Positions 52,799-53,074 of a stretch of 53,074 bases of DNA are shown in pieces (the stretch's first letter is position 1; each line of letters begins with the position of its first letter). The stretch comes from Rhodothermales bacterium (GTDB taxonomy: Bacteria; Bacteroidota; Rhodothermia; Rhodothermales; JABDKH01). Under the pieces are notes generated by a model, which saw only the letters and a list, made by a program, of their open reading frames with translations, was not told the DNA's origin and made no database searches. Both the position numbers and the translations under genes were made by a program. The stretch lies in the NCBI GenBank assembly GCA_041589075.1, contig JBFHWK010000002.1:1-53074 (forward strand). The letters are read 5' to 3'.

Positions 52799-53074
52799 AT
52801 GATAACCGACGAGGACCTGGAGCAGAGTATCCCTCTCCCGACTCCGGACGAGGAGAAGGAAATGAGTACGTCCGAGGTGCCGGAGTCACTTCCGATTCTC
52901 GCACTGCGAAATACGGTGCTCTTCCCGGGCGTGGTTCTTCCGATAACAGTGGGGCGTGACACGTCCTTGAGCCTGGTCAAAGACGCGTTCGCGGGAGACC
53001 GTTTGATTGGTGTCGTCGCGCAGCGTAACAGTGAAATGGAGGACCCCGAACCCTCCGACTTGTACGAGTTTGGC
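52799..53074 (+). CDS. lon: Lon protease, N-terminal fragment cut by the window edge
   Basis: Absent from the ORF track because there is no stop in the window. From the ATG at 52799 it reads MITDEDLEQSIPLPTPDEEKEMSTSEVPESLPILALRNTVLFPGVVLPITVGRDTSLSLVKDAFAGDRLIGVVAQRNSEMEDPEPSDLYEFG, the typical Lon N-domain start (LP.L.LR..V.FP....P..VGR..S). An alternative ATG lies at 52862. Confidence 0.8.
   Translation, partial: MITDEDLEQSIPLPTPDEEKEMSTSEVPESLPILALRNTVLFPGVVLPITVGRDTSLSLVKDAFAGDRLIGVVAQRNSEMEDPEPSDLYEFG

Overview
GC-rich, densely coding bacterial chromosomal window with about 45 protein-coding genes. By eye I found no rRNA, tRNA, CRISPR array, transposase, integrase or phage genes. All family names below come from recognising motifs in the supplied translations; no database search was run.

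The gene content points to a high-GC member of the Bacteroidota/Rhodothermota lineage (inference). The evidence is T9SS-type C-terminal sorting domains, DUF2851-, DUF4270-, DUF4175- and DUF3467-like proteins, a half-size GlgA-like protein and a long LptD-like protein.

Housekeeping anchors are dxr (partial, minus strand, absent from the ORF track), serS, pyrF, glgC, eno-ftsB, a ROK kinase, an lptD-like gene, sucC, an lptF/G-family permease, a PLP cysteine synthase/cystathionine beta-synthase with CBS domains, a hybrid histidine kinase and lon (partial, absent from the ORF track).

Three blocks have no assignable function and are the best candidates for an undescribed system:
1. 7.8-17.1 kb: a co-directional cluster with two diverged DUF1800/DUF1501 pairs bracketing two 9-repeat WG-repeat lipoproteins. 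Both DUF1501 copies combine a conserved Cys/His box, a twin-arginine signal and a T9SS sorting domain.
2. 17.1-24.0 kb: an envelope island. It holds a small membrane-anchored protein, an HTTM/SdpB-like polytopic protein and two GT4 glycosyltransferases. Divergently transcribed from these are a secreted six-repeat propeller-like protein, a polytopic membrane protein and a DUF3047-like protein.
3. 35.0-39.8 kb: a half-size GlgA homolog that has lost the KTGGL motif, followed by a DUF4270-like lipoprotein, an outer-membrane barrel and a TPR protein.

Many long ORFs in the track are antisense artefacts of the high GC content, and several track ORFs carry spurious N-terminal extensions. I trimmed these to starts that fit the neighbouring genes.
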